Of a stretch of 64,000 bases of DNA, positions 37,014-46,950 are shown piece by piece (within the stretch, counting starts at the first letter, position 1; the number at the start of each line of letters is the position of its first letter). The DNA lies in the IMG/VR virus record IMGVR_UViG_3300027852_001421, one strand, 5' to 3'. Below the pieces are notes generated by a model, which was given only the letters and a program-made list of their open reading frames with translations, had not been told where the DNA came from and made no database searches. The stretch is from a virus (taxonomy: Duplodnaviria; Heunggongvirae; Uroviricota; Caudoviricetes). The position numbers and the translations under genes are program-made.

Positions 37014-37460
37014 TTACAGGCCTGGTTCTTCTGACGGTGCCGCAAGGCGGAAGCGCTCCAGATCGGCATCACCGATCATAGACAAGAACTCCGTAGCGCG
37101 GCGCGCGGCGTCGCTGGGCAGCACATCTGCAAGATGGTCTCCCTCTTCCGCTTTGACCATGGCCGAGAGGGTTTGGATGTCGAAATCGAATGGGTCAGCC
37201 GATGCCAGGCAAAGACGCTCGCCCGCGCCGGGCGCCGGGAAGTCGCAATCGCCGCGATCATATCCCTTGTCGATCGTCCGTCCCGTCCCCGCATCTAGCA
37301 AGAACCAAAGGGCCCCTTGGCGAAAAGTTTCATCAAGCTCGATCATATCCGCACCAAGCTCCTCACCTGGCGGCCCCATAACGATCACGCCCTGGCGATC
37401 TGGATCGCGCAGGACGTAGAAATGCTCATCGAACTGTTTTTCGTCGAACATCGGCTTCAC
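37014..37460 (-). CDS. hypothetical acidic protein (148 aa)
   Basis: Adjacent to the upstream gene with no gap, suggesting an operon. Confidence 0.55.
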   Translation of the reverse strand: MKPMFDEKQFDEHFYVLRDPDRQGVIVMGPPGEELGADMIELDETFRQGALWFLLDAGTGRTIDKGYDRGDCDFPAPGAGERLCLASADPFDFDIQTLSAMVKAEEGDHLADVLPSDAARRATEFLSMIGDADLERFRLAAPSEEPGL

Positions 37461-38384
37461 TTATTCTGGCTCCTGATCGTCAAGATTCAACTCGAACTTC
37501 ACAGGCTCAGCAAAGGGGTTGACGGGTCTGGGGAGTGCCTCAGTTTTCCCGCTGAGGCGCATCATGACAGCTTCATCAATATCCGGGCCAGACTCAGGGA
37601 GATCAACAGTCACAGGCTCTCCCCGCTGGGGGTGGGTACGGCCCATCGACTGCTGGATGTTGCTTTCCGAAACTGGCTCGTACTTGGTTCGGTCCTTCTT
37701 GGCCGCGTAAGCGGGGAGCTCCTCTTCATAAAGCGCAGGGCTCTGTGGTTTGCGCGGAATGCGACCCAAGTCCTGCAACGGCGCGTGATCCCCGGTGTAA
37801 GAAAGCTGACGGCGCGATTTGAACATTGGGGAAACTCCCGCAGCAACGGGCTCGATCCCTTTCACCGTCTTGGCGAACTTAGCGGATACCTTCAGCGCGT
37901 GAAGCTTGTCGAAGTTATGAGCCTCACCAAGCATGACCACATCCACGGGCTTCTGCCCTTTGCGGTGGAGGCGGCTTTTCGACTGCTCGAGTTCAATCTC
38001 AGGCATCGGATGCATGCGTCGGTCGCCATGTCCCACTAAAAGCTTGCTGAGCTCTTCAGGGTCCATTTCCCGAACCGCTTTGATCATCTCTTCTTGAAAC
38101 GGGCGAAGTTTCACCATGCCCAGCTTGCTCCGATCACGGGCTTCGGCCTGAAGCCTTGCTTTTGTGCCCTTCTCGCAGTTCTCGGTGAATTCGATCGTGG
38201 CGTTCTCTGGCAGGCTGTACCCCATGTTGAACTTATGCATGGATACGACAGCCGTGCCGCCATCCCTAATGTGGGCGAGCATATCTCTGATGTCCTGGGG
38301 CCGAGCAAAGCCGCGGGCTTCGCGGCGCACGGCCTCAAGCATCATTTCTTGATCATCTGCTGTAAATACGAGTTTGCCGGACAT
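37461..38384 (-). CDS. hypothetical protein; C-terminus FELNLDDQEPE
   Basis: 307-aa ORF. Confidence 0.6.
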   Translation of the reverse strand: MSGKLVFTADDQEMMLEAVRREARGFARPQDIRDMLAHIRDGGTAVVSMHKFNMGYSLPENATIEFTENCEKGTKARLQAEARDRSKLGMVKLRPFQEEMIKAVREMDPEELSKLLVGHGDRRMHPMPEIELEQSKSRLHRKGQKPVDVVMLGEAHNFDKLHALKVSAKFAKTVKGIEPVAAGVSPMFKSRRQLSYTGDHAPLQDLGRIPRKPQSPALYEEELPAYAAKKDRTKYEPVSESNIQQSMGRTHPQRGEPVTVDLPESGPDIDEAVMMRLSGKTEALPRPVNPFAEPVKFELNLDDQEPE

Positions 38385-38522
38385 GGATCGATTTCCTGTG
38401 AATATTTGATGTTATCCTATTATGGGAGGAGGTAGCGAAAAATCCCAACTTATCTCTAACGGTGGGTTGCCCTCGGACCTTATTCAAGACAGTTTTAGAG
38501 TGATTAATATTGGGAGTTCCAA

Positions 38523-39146
38523 GTGAACCGTGATGCAGCCAAGACCTTCCTGTCCCAGTACACGCCTGCCACAGCCGTCCAGACCGTCTCTCAGTTGCGC
38601 TACCACAGATCATATCACGCCTTATTGGGCCTCGGCCGGCTTTCATGTGACGATGATCGCAGCTCTAGCCTGCTGGCACTCTCCTGCGCTGTCTATGGTT
38701 GGATGCCAACCATCCTCAGAGCGTTTGAGCCGGAAAGGTTTAACAAAAACGATCCGGTATCGGCGATCAGAGAGATCAAAACCGCGGCTGAGGCCGTCAC
38801 GTTTCTCACCGCCATGGAAAAACGTGCGCCGCTCAATGGCTCCTGGATCGGCACGAGCAAGCTGATGCATATGCTTAATCCTGGCATCTTTCCGATCTGG
38901 GACGGCCGGGTGGCTGCGCGGTTCGGCCCTATCAGTGATTACAGCACCAACCTGAAGCGGACCTACATCTCTTATCTAGGCTTCATGCACGAAGAGATCC
39001 CCCACCGCTTTGATCTTATCGGCGCTACGCGTGATCACATCAACAGCACGCAGGGCTACCAAGCGACAGACATGCGCTGCCTCGAGCTGCTTCTCTTCGC
39101 TTACGATCCACTGGATGGCTCCGCAGAGATCGCCATGGTCGCGTAG
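38523..39146 (+). CDS. hypothetical protein (GTG start)
   Basis: GGGAG 7 nt before GTG. AGCGAAAAA motif 80 nt upstream. Confidence 0.5.
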   Translation: MNRDAAKTFLSQYTPATAVQTVSQLRYHRSYHALLGLGRLSCDDDRSSSLLALSCAVYGWMPTILRAFEPERFNKNDPVSAIREIKTAAEAVTFLTAMEKRAPLNGSWIGTSKLMHMLNPGIFPIWDGRVAARFGPISDYSTNLKRTYISYLGFMHEEIPHRFDLIGATRDHINSTQGYQATDMRCLELLLFAYDPLDGSAEIAMVA

Positions 39147-39282
39147 CTTGCTGAGCGGAGCTTAAGCACGCCCTGGCGAACCGGCTGGGACTACATGACA
39201 GTCGTGTTTCTATTTTTCAGATGCCGCTATGGCCTTTCATGCACGGGACATATCCTGCTGGAAGAACAAAGTGAGGTTAGAT

Positions 39283-40245
39283 ATGTCCAAGAAATTAACT
39301 GCTGAGCAGGCGTCGGAACGTCTTCTGGGACTGGCGCGCGGTATCGCACATCAGACCGAAACCGAGCCTGGTCTGACCCGCGAGCAGAAATGCGAGAAGA
39401 CAGCCTATGGGTTGCTGGCGCTGCTCGATGGCAAGACACCGCATTTTCCGCGCTGCCTGCTTGCTCCGCAACAGCTTGAAGAAGTCATCGCCGAAGCGAA
39501 AGCTGAGGGCATGCCTTGGTACAATGAAGACATCTTCAGCAGCCCCGGCCTCTCGGATCACTTCATGGCCCGACTGAAAGATCCCTCCTGGCTTCCAGAT
39601 CGCACAGATGCTGCGCCCTACTCCGCCGATGAAATTCGCGATCAGATCGTCCGCTCTTTTATGGGCACTGCTGAATACTGGGCAAAGAATGACAAGACGG
39701 ATGAGTTGAAGCGCTGTGAAGGTGTGGCCTTCAGCTGTTTTGCCGCGCTCGACGGGGTGAGCTTGAGCGGGCAGATGATGGAGATCTCGCTTGATGCTGA
39801 AGATATTGCGGGCCGTGTCGAGATGGGCGCATTCCAGCCCGAGGTCCTGCAGCCTTATCTGCACGAGACCTATCACAGTATCGACCCCATCGAGATCGAG
39901 ATCCCGACGCCGGGAGCGCTGAACCTCTATACGGTCAGTGTTTCAAATTCTTTGGAGGACACGGAATATTATGTGGTCGCTCGCGACTGCACACATGCGG
40001 CAGAGATCTACGTACAAGCCGTTATCGATGACATTCTTTCCGCCGATCTGGAAGAGATGGAGCAAGAGGCCGCTCTTACTGTCGAGAGAGTTGGCAAGAA
40101 TGCGACGGGCGAGCCGCGTTGGATTGGGTGGGCTAGTGATGATGTAATCACACGGCGCATGAGGCCTTATGATGGGGAGGTCGTCGATCTTGCAAATCTC
40201 GAAAACTGGAAGGCTTACCAGAGTGACGAGGAGTTGGAGCCGTGA
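39283..40245 (+). CDS. ORFan protein; C-terminus KAYQSDEELEP
   Basis: GTGAGG before ATG 39283. 320 aa. Confidence 0.6.
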   Translation: MSKKLTAEQASERLLGLARGIAHQTETEPGLTREQKCEKTAYGLLALLDGKTPHFPRCLLAPQQLEEVIAEAKAEGMPWYNEDIFSSPGLSDHFMARLKDPSWLPDRTDAAPYSADEIRDQIVRSFMGTAEYWAKNDKTDELKRCEGVAFSCFAALDGVSLSGQMMEISLDAEDIAGRVEMGAFQPEVLQPYLHETYHSIDPIEIEIPTPGALNLYTVSVSNSLEDTEYYVVARDCTHAAEIYVQAVIDDILSADLEEMEQEAALTVERVGKNATGEPRWIGWASDDVITRRMRPYDGEVVDLANLENWKAYQSDEELEP

Positions 40246-40844
40246 GCCACGCCCCGATCGAGATCATCGCGCATAAGTCTTCGGGCTATGGCCCGCGGAC
40301 CTATGCCAACGCCCATGAGGGTGATCTGACGATCGCTGTGGCCGCCAACTACAAGACTGTCGGCGAGCGCCTGACCCACAAGGCGGCCGGGGACAAGTTC
40401 CTCGCCCTGCCCCTGGCTATGGATGCGCTCGAGGCTGCGCGTCTGATGTACCGCACGCTGCGGGATCGTGACCTGAAGAACCCGGTGATCAACGTCGCAG
40501 GCAACGGCATGCAGACGATGAACCGCAATGGCTTCACCCAGGAGTTCGTGAACATCCGGCTCCTGGAGATCCTGAGCCCGGTCCATAAGCATTGGCCGAT
40601 CGCAAAGGTGATCTCCGGCGGCCAGACCGGCGCCGATATGGCGGGCGGTATCGCGGCGCACGCGTTGGGCATCCCCGTGAAGCTGCATTTCCCCGCGGGG
40701 TTCAAGCAGCGCTATGCGGATGGTGTGGATCGGCCCTTCTCGAAAGACGAGATCCTCCAGCAGGTGACTGATGGTGTGGCTGCGCTGAAGCAAGAAGCCC
40801 AGAAGAGGCGTGAGCAGGCTCAGGAAGATGCGCCATCACCGTAG
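40242..40844 (+). CDS. SLOG-superfamily protein, molybdenum-cofactor-carrier-like, apparently circularly permuted
   Basis: GTGA overlap with the upstream gene. SGGQTGADMAGGIAAHALGIP (the GGQTG(V/A)D signature that is normally N-terminal) lies at residues about 120-140, while the N-terminal half (EGDLTIAV...GERLT...GDKFLAL) resembles the usual C-terminal half of that family. Confidence 0.5.
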   Translation: MSHAPIEIIAHKSSGYGPRTYANAHEGDLTIAVAANYKTVGERLTHKAAGDKFLALPLAMDALEAARLMYRTLRDRDLKNPVINVAGNGMQTMNRNGFTQEFVNIRLLEILSPVHKHWPIAKVISGGQTGADMAGGIAAHALGIPVKLHFPAGFKQRYADGVDRPFSKDEILQQVTDGVAALKQEAQKRREQAQEDAPSP

Positions 40845-40845
40845 G

Positions 40846-41151
40846 CTAAGAGAGATCCTTCATCGCTCTGTCGATCAGCTTCTGATCGTAAATCTCCCCT
40901 TCAGGTGTGGAAATGACGATAATGATTTTACCATTCCGATACTTGTAAGAGATATCCAGCGGTGGCACGTCGTGCTTGAATGCAGCCATTGGGCGCAAGA
41001 TCAGTTCCTGGACCACCTTATTGATGTTCGGACTGGCTTCCTGACGCAGGTGCTCCCATGCGGCCAAACCGACATATGCGTGACCACCTGCGCCTTCATA
41101 GGCCGAGATCATCTGGTCCAATGCAGCACAGGGGGTGCCATCCATAACCAT
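40846..41151 (-). CDS. small hypothetical protein (about 100 aa)
   Basis: Internal ATG of the track ORF. Overlaps the 3' end of the upstream nuclease-like gene by about 42 nt. Confidence 0.4.
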   Translation of the reverse strand: MVMDGTPCAALDQMISAYEGAGGHAYVGLAAWEHLRQEASPNINKVVQELILRPMAAFKHDVPPLDISYKYRNGKIIIVISTPEGEIYDQKLIDRAMKDLS

Positions 41152-41897
41152 GAGAACAGGCTTGTAGCCAGAGTCCCGGCAATCCAAAGGCAGCTGAGCT
41201 CATCCCGGCTCCTGCCGCGGCCGCTGGCTGCGCCCGTGATCCTCGTCTTCACCTCGTAGGCAAAATCTTCAACGATACAGTCGATTTGCCGACCAACTTC
41301 CCCCTCACCAAAACGCGTGATGGGGGAATCCTTATCTGAGTAAGACTGACCACAAAGACAGGAAGTAATAACCTTTTCTGTCAGATAGCCAGCTTCAGCC
41401 GCCGAGCGGTTGTCGATGGTGCCCCAGAACTTTCTCCATAGGATATTCGCAATGGTTGATTTGGCGTCCTTGAACCCGTTTTCCAATACCGCACGGTTCG
41501 CAAGTTGCTCAGAAACTGGCAGTTCTTGATTTTCTTCAATCCACTGGAAGCGCAGGCGACGCTTCACAACCTCATAAACCAGCTCGAAAACGGCAGGAAA
41601 ATCATCGATCTTCTGTTCTGCCTCAAGATAAAGGTCGACGAAATCCTCAACCTCGAGCGGTTCAACAAACCAATAAGCAGAAGTATCAAAGATATCATCC
41701 GTCAAACGCATTTCTGGCGTTACCGTCGTGAGCGTCTTTTCAGTTGCGCAGATCTGCTCGACAAGAGCGACGATTTTCGCAAGGGCGCCATCATGAAAAC
41801 GATAGGCCGACAACCCGTTCTTACCGACTTCACGGAGTTTGGAAATTTGCTTTTTCTGCGTACTTGAAAGCCGCTTGTCTCTGGATGTCTTCTGCAT
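41109..41897 (-). CDS. PD-(D/E)xK nuclease-fold protein (YraN/restriction-endonuclease-like C-terminal domain)
   Basis: C-terminal GRQIDCIVEDFAYEVKTR (hhhD ... EVK motif). The last about 30 residues are low-complexity and overlap the next ORF, so the true C-terminus is uncertain. Confidence 0.5.
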   Translation of the reverse strand: MQKTSRDKRLSSTQKKQISKLREVGKNGLSAYRFHDGALAKIVALVEQICATEKTLTTVTPEMRLTDDIFDTSAYWFVEPLEVEDFVDLYLEAEQKIDDFPAVFELVYEVVKRRLRFQWIEENQELPVSEQLANRAVLENGFKDAKSTIANILWRKFWGTIDNRSAAEAGYLTEKVITSCLCGQSYSDKDSPITRFGEGEVGRQIDCIVEDFAYEVKTRITGAASGRGRSRDELSCLWIAGTLATSLFSWLWMAPPVLHWTR

Positions 41898-42103
41898 GGC
41901 GGGACCTTCAAAATATTCACCCGCATATTAGGCCAGGTAGGCTTTCGGGCCTACCTTTGGAACTTCTTTATCCACATAATTAAGCGCTATCACTTCACCC
42001 TTCCCCGATGGGTTCGGTACACCGACGAAAGGGCGAAGTCAGCTCTCATCTATAAAACATCTGTCAATCGAACAACATCAACCAACCACGCCTCCTAGAG
42101 CTA

Positions 42104-42562
42104 TCAGTACCGGCAGTTCGTATAGAAGCCGCTGGAAACCGTGATGCAGTGGGCCACATTGTTGCTCCGACCCAGGGTCAGTGGTGCAACCTGCGGCGTG
42201 GGCATCGGCTGATAGCCATAATTTGTCCCGAAATCCATATTCATCATCCGGTCTGCCAATGCGCTCTTCTGAGCACTGACCTGGGCCTGACGCTGCATCG
42301 CGACCTGCTGGTTGTACTTCCACATCTCCAGCTGCTGGTTGGTTAATGCCGCGCGGCGCTCCCCTGTGGGTTGACCAGCATCCGTATGGCACATCGCCAC
42401 GGCCTGACCCGGGAAGGGCGCCGCCCGCGGGCAGGCTGCATCTCCGAACATGAAGTAGTGCCCTCCCAAGAAGGTCGGTTGTGCTACGCGCACTTGCGTG
42501 GTTGGGCCGCCGCATGCTGTGAGTGAAAAGGCCGCCACGGCCATTGCGATTACAGTTCTCAT
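42104..42562 (-). CDS. lipoprotein (hypothetical)
   Basis: GAGGTG before ATG. Lipobox SLTAC. Confidence 0.55.
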   Translation of the reverse strand: MRTVIAMAVAAFSLTACGGPTTQVRVAQPTFLGGHYFMFGDAACPRAAPFPGQAVAMCHTDAGQPTGERRAALTNQQLEMWKYNQQVAMQRQAQVSAQKSALADRMMNMDFGTNYGYQPMPTPQVAPLTLGRSNNVAHCITVSSGFYTNCRY

Positions 42563-42673
42563 CGAAAAACACCTCAATCAATTTGCCATCAAATACAGAC
42601 AGCACATGCATTCAGAGAGAGGCGGAATTGGGTCGACTTCAGGGCCTTTCAGCGAAGTTCCTTCATGGTGGAA

Positions 42674-44008
42674 TTACAGCTCCGGCAGCGCAGGACCCTT
42701 AAGCTCGCACACCGGAGCCCCAAAGGGGTCCGCCACTGCGCTGTGATCCAAACCCACAGACCTGCCAGCTTCCGAGAAACTTGTCTGAAGTGTTTCGAGG
42801 TCTGCCTCGCTTGCTCCACGGTCCGAGAGCACCCGGCGCCAGCTTTTGCCCACCATGTGGCTCATATCATTGGCAATCTCGATCGCGCGTACCTGAGAGA
42901 CACCAAGGCTGGCGGCACCCATCACAGCATTCTCCAATGTCGCCTCCCGGCCGCAACCCGCCTTACCGAGGTGCATGAAGAGGCTGCGGCTCGTCGAGAA
43001 GCCTGTAGAAGGTGTGACGTCATAGACCGGGCTCGGCTCATAGAGCCCCTGATCGTTCAGCAGAAAGGCATGGTTCCGGTAGTGGTCATCTGTATTGCCA
43101 CATAGGACATTCATGACCATCCGCTTATAGATGGTCTCGCCAGCATCCTCCGCAGCGCCATAGCGGCGCATCCCATCATAGAGGTCCGCATAGCCGGAGG
43201 CGGCCCGGTCCATCTCATGGGCCCCGAGCAGGGTAAGGCCCGAGATCATATGACGCCGGTGGAGCTTGCCGCTCTCATCAGGCTCGCGGTCAAAGCGTTT
43301 CAGAAGCAATGTCGGACGCCCGGCCACATCAATGATGTCGCGTTCGCAAACCGCGAGGCCCGCCATCTCACACAGATCGAGGCAGCCCGCCTCGGCCGCG
43401 GCCATGGTGATGCTGTCGCTCTCGATGCCGAACTTGGCCAACCAGGGATGATCATTGATCGTCACCGTGCCCTTGGGGCGCGCGCCACCCAGATCAGCAC
43501 CGGGTGAAACGTGGTCAAGCAGGTGATCCGGCACATGGCGGCCCGTCTTGAAGGTGTCGACCATCTCCTGAAAAGCCTCGAGCGTGCCGAGATCAGAGGA
43601 GACATCGGGCAGACCCACATCGAGGATTTGACCGGGCCCTTCCGTGGTGGGGCCGAACTGCACACCGCCGATCCGCGTGCCGCGCTGGGAGACCAGGAGA
43701 TACTCGGCCTCGGAGGCATTCCGGCCCTCGGTGCGCTTCATGTAGAGATCGATGAGCTTGCGCCCCCAGGCGTCCGGAGCGGCATCGCGGATCCCGTTAA
43801 ACAGGGTGAAGTCCTCATGGGTGCGCAGATGGTCTTTGCCCAAAGGCATCTGGACGGGGTCGATGGCCACTGCGTCGGGGCGCTCGAGGTACTTGCGGCC
43901 GTAGTCGAAATCTGAGCGCGAATAACGTCCGTCTTCTGTGATTACCAAACGTCCGACCGGTACAGTTTCGCCGTGCAGTTCAAGAAATACGATTGCCTTA
44001 TGTTCCAT
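42674..44008 (-). CDS. hipA: HipA-family serine/threonine kinase toxin
   Basis: HipA N-terminal coupling domain pattern, DLGGARPKGTV, and catalytic NTDDHYRNHAFLL (NxDDHxxN loop). 444 aa. Confidence 0.8.
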   Translation of the reverse strand: MEHKAIVFLELHGETVPVGRLVITEDGRYSRSDFDYGRKYLERPDAVAIDPVQMPLGKDHLRTHEDFTLFNGIRDAAPDAWGRKLIDLYMKRTEGRNASEAEYLLVSQRGTRIGGVQFGPTTEGPGQILDVGLPDVSSDLGTLEAFQEMVDTFKTGRHVPDHLLDHVSPGADLGGARPKGTVTINDHPWLAKFGIESDSITMAAAEAGCLDLCEMAGLAVCERDIIDVAGRPTLLLKRFDREPDESGKLHRRHMISGLTLLGAHEMDRAASGYADLYDGMRRYGAAEDAGETIYKRMVMNVLCGNTDDHYRNHAFLLNDQGLYEPSPVYDVTPSTGFSTSRSLFMHLGKAGCGREATLENAVMGAASLGVSQVRAIEIANDMSHMVGKSWRRVLSDRGASEADLETLQTSFSEAGRSVGLDHSAVADPFGAPVCELKGPALPEL

Positions 44009-44706
44009 CAGAAATCCAATTCATTGTCGCTGGCCGAGACCGGCTCGGGCGTTTCGTTATCGACCTGTGTTATGGGGCCGCGCCGGCCCGCAATGCGGTC
44101 ATGGAGATTGTCGTTGAGATTGGCTTGCTGCACAGGATCAGTCTTGCTGCAAAAAGCGGACAGAACCTGATCATCAAGCCCCATGACCCAAGCCGCTGTG
44201 GCAATTGCGCCAAAGCTGATCCGGTCATCCCCCTTCTCCATGCGGATGACAGTACGCCTTCCTACGTTCATCCTATCGGCAAGCTGCTCCTGGCTCATCA
44301 CTCGAGCACGACGTGCCGCACTGATGTCCTGTCCGAATTGCTCGATTTCAGAGATCGGTTCAGCAGGTGCTGCTTTGATCTCCGCAGCGCGATTTTGATG
44401 AATACGCCTCTTCAAATTCAGACGCGCCTCACGCTGTCGAACGGCGTCCTTTGCGCCCTCAAATGCAGACAGGATTTGTTGCTGCATTCCCATAACGCGT
44501 GCCCCGGCGACATAGGTGCCGAAGCTCACTCGGTCGTCCCCTTTTTCCATGCGGATAACCGTTTGTCGTGTAACGTCGATCTGATCTGCCAATTGCCCCT
44601 GACTCAGATTCCGCGCGCGACGCGCAGCGCTGAAATCACGGCCGAAATCAGCCAGCTTCTCAAGCAGCTTGTCTGGCATCGTCTCATAGATCTTCCGCTC
44701 TCTCAT
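44008..44706 (-). CDS. hipB: HipB-like antitoxin with two tandem XRE-type HTH domains
   Basis: Two copies of ARRARN/VLSQ.QLAD.....RQT.IRMEKGDDR.SFG. ATGA overlap with hipA. Start taken at ATG 44706 (GAGGG RBS); alternative GTG at 44724. Confidence 0.7.
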   Translation of the reverse strand: MRERKIYETMPDKLLEKLADFGRDFSAARRARNLSQGQLADQIDVTRQTVIRMEKGDDRVSFGTYVAGARVMGMQQQILSAFEGAKDAVRQREARLNLKRRIHQNRAAEIKAAPAEPISEIEQFGQDISAARRARVMSQEQLADRMNVGRRTVIRMEKGDDRISFGAIATAAWVMGLDDQVLSAFCSKTDPVQQANLNDNLHDRIAGRRGPITQVDNETPEPVSASDNELDF

Positions 44707-44856
44707 GCTGCCCTCATGTGTCACATGGATTACAATTTCCGCTTAATGTGCCAGATAAGTAACATATAAGATACCCATTTGTCTAAGAGAAGCAGAGCAT
44801 AACCCTCTCAGTCCATCATCACTCAAGACAAAGAAAATCCAAAATGGGGAAGGAAT

Positions 44857-45945
44857 TCAGTCTTCGATCAGGCTTTCATCATCGGGATCGTCCAAACTGG
44901 GTGGGCGTCCTTGCAGTTGCAGCTGACGGACCGACATCAGTTCTTCGTATGTGGGGATAGGTGAATACTCCAAGCAGTCAGTCGCTTTGTTAACCCCAGT
45001 TGGCAGGGTTCGACCGCGCTGCTTAAAGCATACCATTGGCGTGCTGCCGGAATTGCTGATCGCACCATAGCGGCATTGCAGGCAAGTCCTGGTAGGAATG
45101 CCCCTGTCGTAATGCGCGCGCCTAAGTATAGCATCATACCGCTCTATGATCCTGTAACGTGCGAACTCATGGGTCACGACTTCCCAATGAATGATGCTCC
45201 GCTTGGCCAAGACCTTCTTCAGAGCACGACAGCTCTGTGTGGTGAGCAGGACCTTACCACTTTTGAACACGACAAATACGCACTGCTCTATCGGGCAAAG
45301 CTTGCATTGGCCTACCTTTCTCTCCGCCAAAGGAGACAGATTGAAACCTCGGCCGCGGTCACTGTCGATGGTGATACCGGACTTGAGTCTGGCGATGTCC
45401 TTTTCGGATGAAACCTTCGTCTCCAGGATCGGCAGGCCACTGGCCAGCTTCTCCGGCGCGCAAGGGTGGGAGACCTCGATCTCTATAAGCAGCCGGGCCG
45501 CCTGCCCCGCCTTCGTTAGGAGCACATCCGCAATGAATCCCTCGACGCCAACTTCTTCTTTGGCTGTGTCGAGCCACTGGGTCAGGTCAAAGACCTCCGG
45601 CGTCTCTGATTTACTGCAACCCTCAGGAAAGAACTGCGCGGCCGACATGCACCGGACCTTACGGTTGCGGGTGAGCTTGTAAGGCCTCCCATCGCGGCAC
45701 GCCGTGGCGAACCCCGCCACCACAGCCATCTTTGCGGCGCGGTGGAGATAGGTTTCATGAGAGCAATCGATATCTGCGTCAGACATATGACGGAAGTGAT
45801 GGACACGAATCTTGCCGAGCACCGGCAGCATGCCATTGCCGCAACCCAGGCAGATATAGGGACCGCGCGCATCACGCTCCTCGGTCGACAGATCTTTGAC
45901 GTCGACAAGCTCGCCCAGGCCATTGGTGCAGAACCGCGCCTTCAT
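44857..45945 (-). CDS. CoiA-like (competence protein CoiA family) nuclease-related protein with Cys-rich C-terminal half
   Basis: N-terminal YICLGCGNGMLPVLGKIRVHHFRHMSD...CSHETYLHRAAK (CxxC...HFxH signature). ADVLL....LLIEIEVSH nuclease-like block. GAGGTGG RBS. C-terminus SLDDPDDESLIED. Confidence 0.55.
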   Translation of the reverse strand: MKARFCTNGLGELVDVKDLSTEERDARGPYICLGCGNGMLPVLGKIRVHHFRHMSDADIDCSHETYLHRAAKMAVVAGFATACRDGRPYKLTRNRKVRCMSAAQFFPEGCSKSETPEVFDLTQWLDTAKEEVGVEGFIADVLLTKAGQAARLLIEIEVSHPCAPEKLASGLPILETKVSSEKDIARLKSGITIDSDRGRGFNLSPLAERKVGQCKLCPIEQCVFVVFKSGKVLLTTQSCRALKKVLAKRSIIHWEVVTHEFARYRIIERYDAILRRAHYDRGIPTRTCLQCRYGAISNSGSTPMVCFKQRGRTLPTGVNKATDCLEYSPIPTYEELMSVRQLQLQGRPPSLDDPDDESLIED

Positions 45946-46028
45946 TTATGGTACCACCTCGCCTACCCTTGCCAAAACCATGGCAGATTACCAATCTGGC
46001 GGCAAATACGACGGTATGGGATCTGAAT

Positions 46029-46937
46029 ATGACTTCTAGCAGTGATCTAAATCGAGAGCCGCCATTCGATACCAATATGACCGATGCTCTGGGCCTCTAT
46101 GTCTATGCGCTCTTTGATCCAAGAGATGGCTGTCCGTTCTATGTCGGTAAAGGCGGCGGCAAACATGGGAATGATCGCGTCCTGCATCACTTCCTAGAGG
46201 CCAGAGAGAACATCAGGACTTCGACAGATCAGCCTCGCGCCGGCAAGGAACGTGCCAAGGTCAGAAGAATTCAACAGATTTGGCGCGACGGTCATGAAGT
46301 CGAATGGAAGATCATCAGACGTCACCTGCGTGATGAAGAAGAGGCCCTGAATGTAGAAGCTGCTTTGATGGATGCGTTTGCCGCCTGCGGTCACGAGCTC
46401 ACGAATATTCAAGGTGGCCACAGAAGCGCCCGCCAAGGGTTCGTCGAGCGAGATAGCCTGCGGGAGTTGGCGGCACCCCCGATCATGGGGCATGATTTTC
46501 CAGCCGAGCTGCGAAACCGACCGATCTTTATATTCAACATTGGCACCAAGGTCGGCAAGATGTGGAAGAAGATCGACCGGATCAAATACCCCAAGGAGAG
46601 ACCTGATTACGTTAAGGCAACACAATGCTGCTGGAAGCTGGGGCCATATTGGCCAAATCAGGATGACGCCCTTGCTGTGGGGGTCGTGGCAGGCATCAGC
46701 CGCTCCGCGATCGGTATTGCCAATTGGACACCTTGCTACAATGACCCGGATCGGTGGCAGATCACGCCTTTAGATTTGGCTTCGGAAACGCACCAAGCTG
46801 TGGTGAACAGAAAGTTCAGCGAGATATTGGAACCCGTAAAAGGGTACCTGCAGCTCGGGGGCTTTGCTGTCATCGAAATCTCCAATACCGGGGAATGCAT
46901 TTTCCGAAGAGGTTCTAAAAGCAGTATCGCCACCTGA
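46029..46937 (+). CDS. GIY-YIG nuclease domain protein with uncharacterised C-terminal domain
   Basis: GLYVYALFDPRDGCPFYVGKGGG...R...H, then RIQQIW.DGHEVEW.II, then EALNVEAALMDAF, the canonical GIY-YIG element order. Confidence 0.6.
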   Translation: MTSSSDLNREPPFDTNMTDALGLYVYALFDPRDGCPFYVGKGGGKHGNDRVLHHFLEARENIRTSTDQPRAGKERAKVRRIQQIWRDGHEVEWKIIRRHLRDEEEALNVEAALMDAFAACGHELTNIQGGHRSARQGFVERDSLRELAAPPIMGHDFPAELRNRPIFIFNIGTKVGKMWKKIDRIKYPKERPDYVKATQCCWKLGPYWPNQDDALAVGVVAGISRSAIGIANWTPCYNDPDRWQITPLDLASETHQAVVNRKFSEILEPVKGYLQLGGFAVIEISNTGECIFRRGSKSSIAT

Positions 46938-46950
46938 GCTGCGTTTCCTA

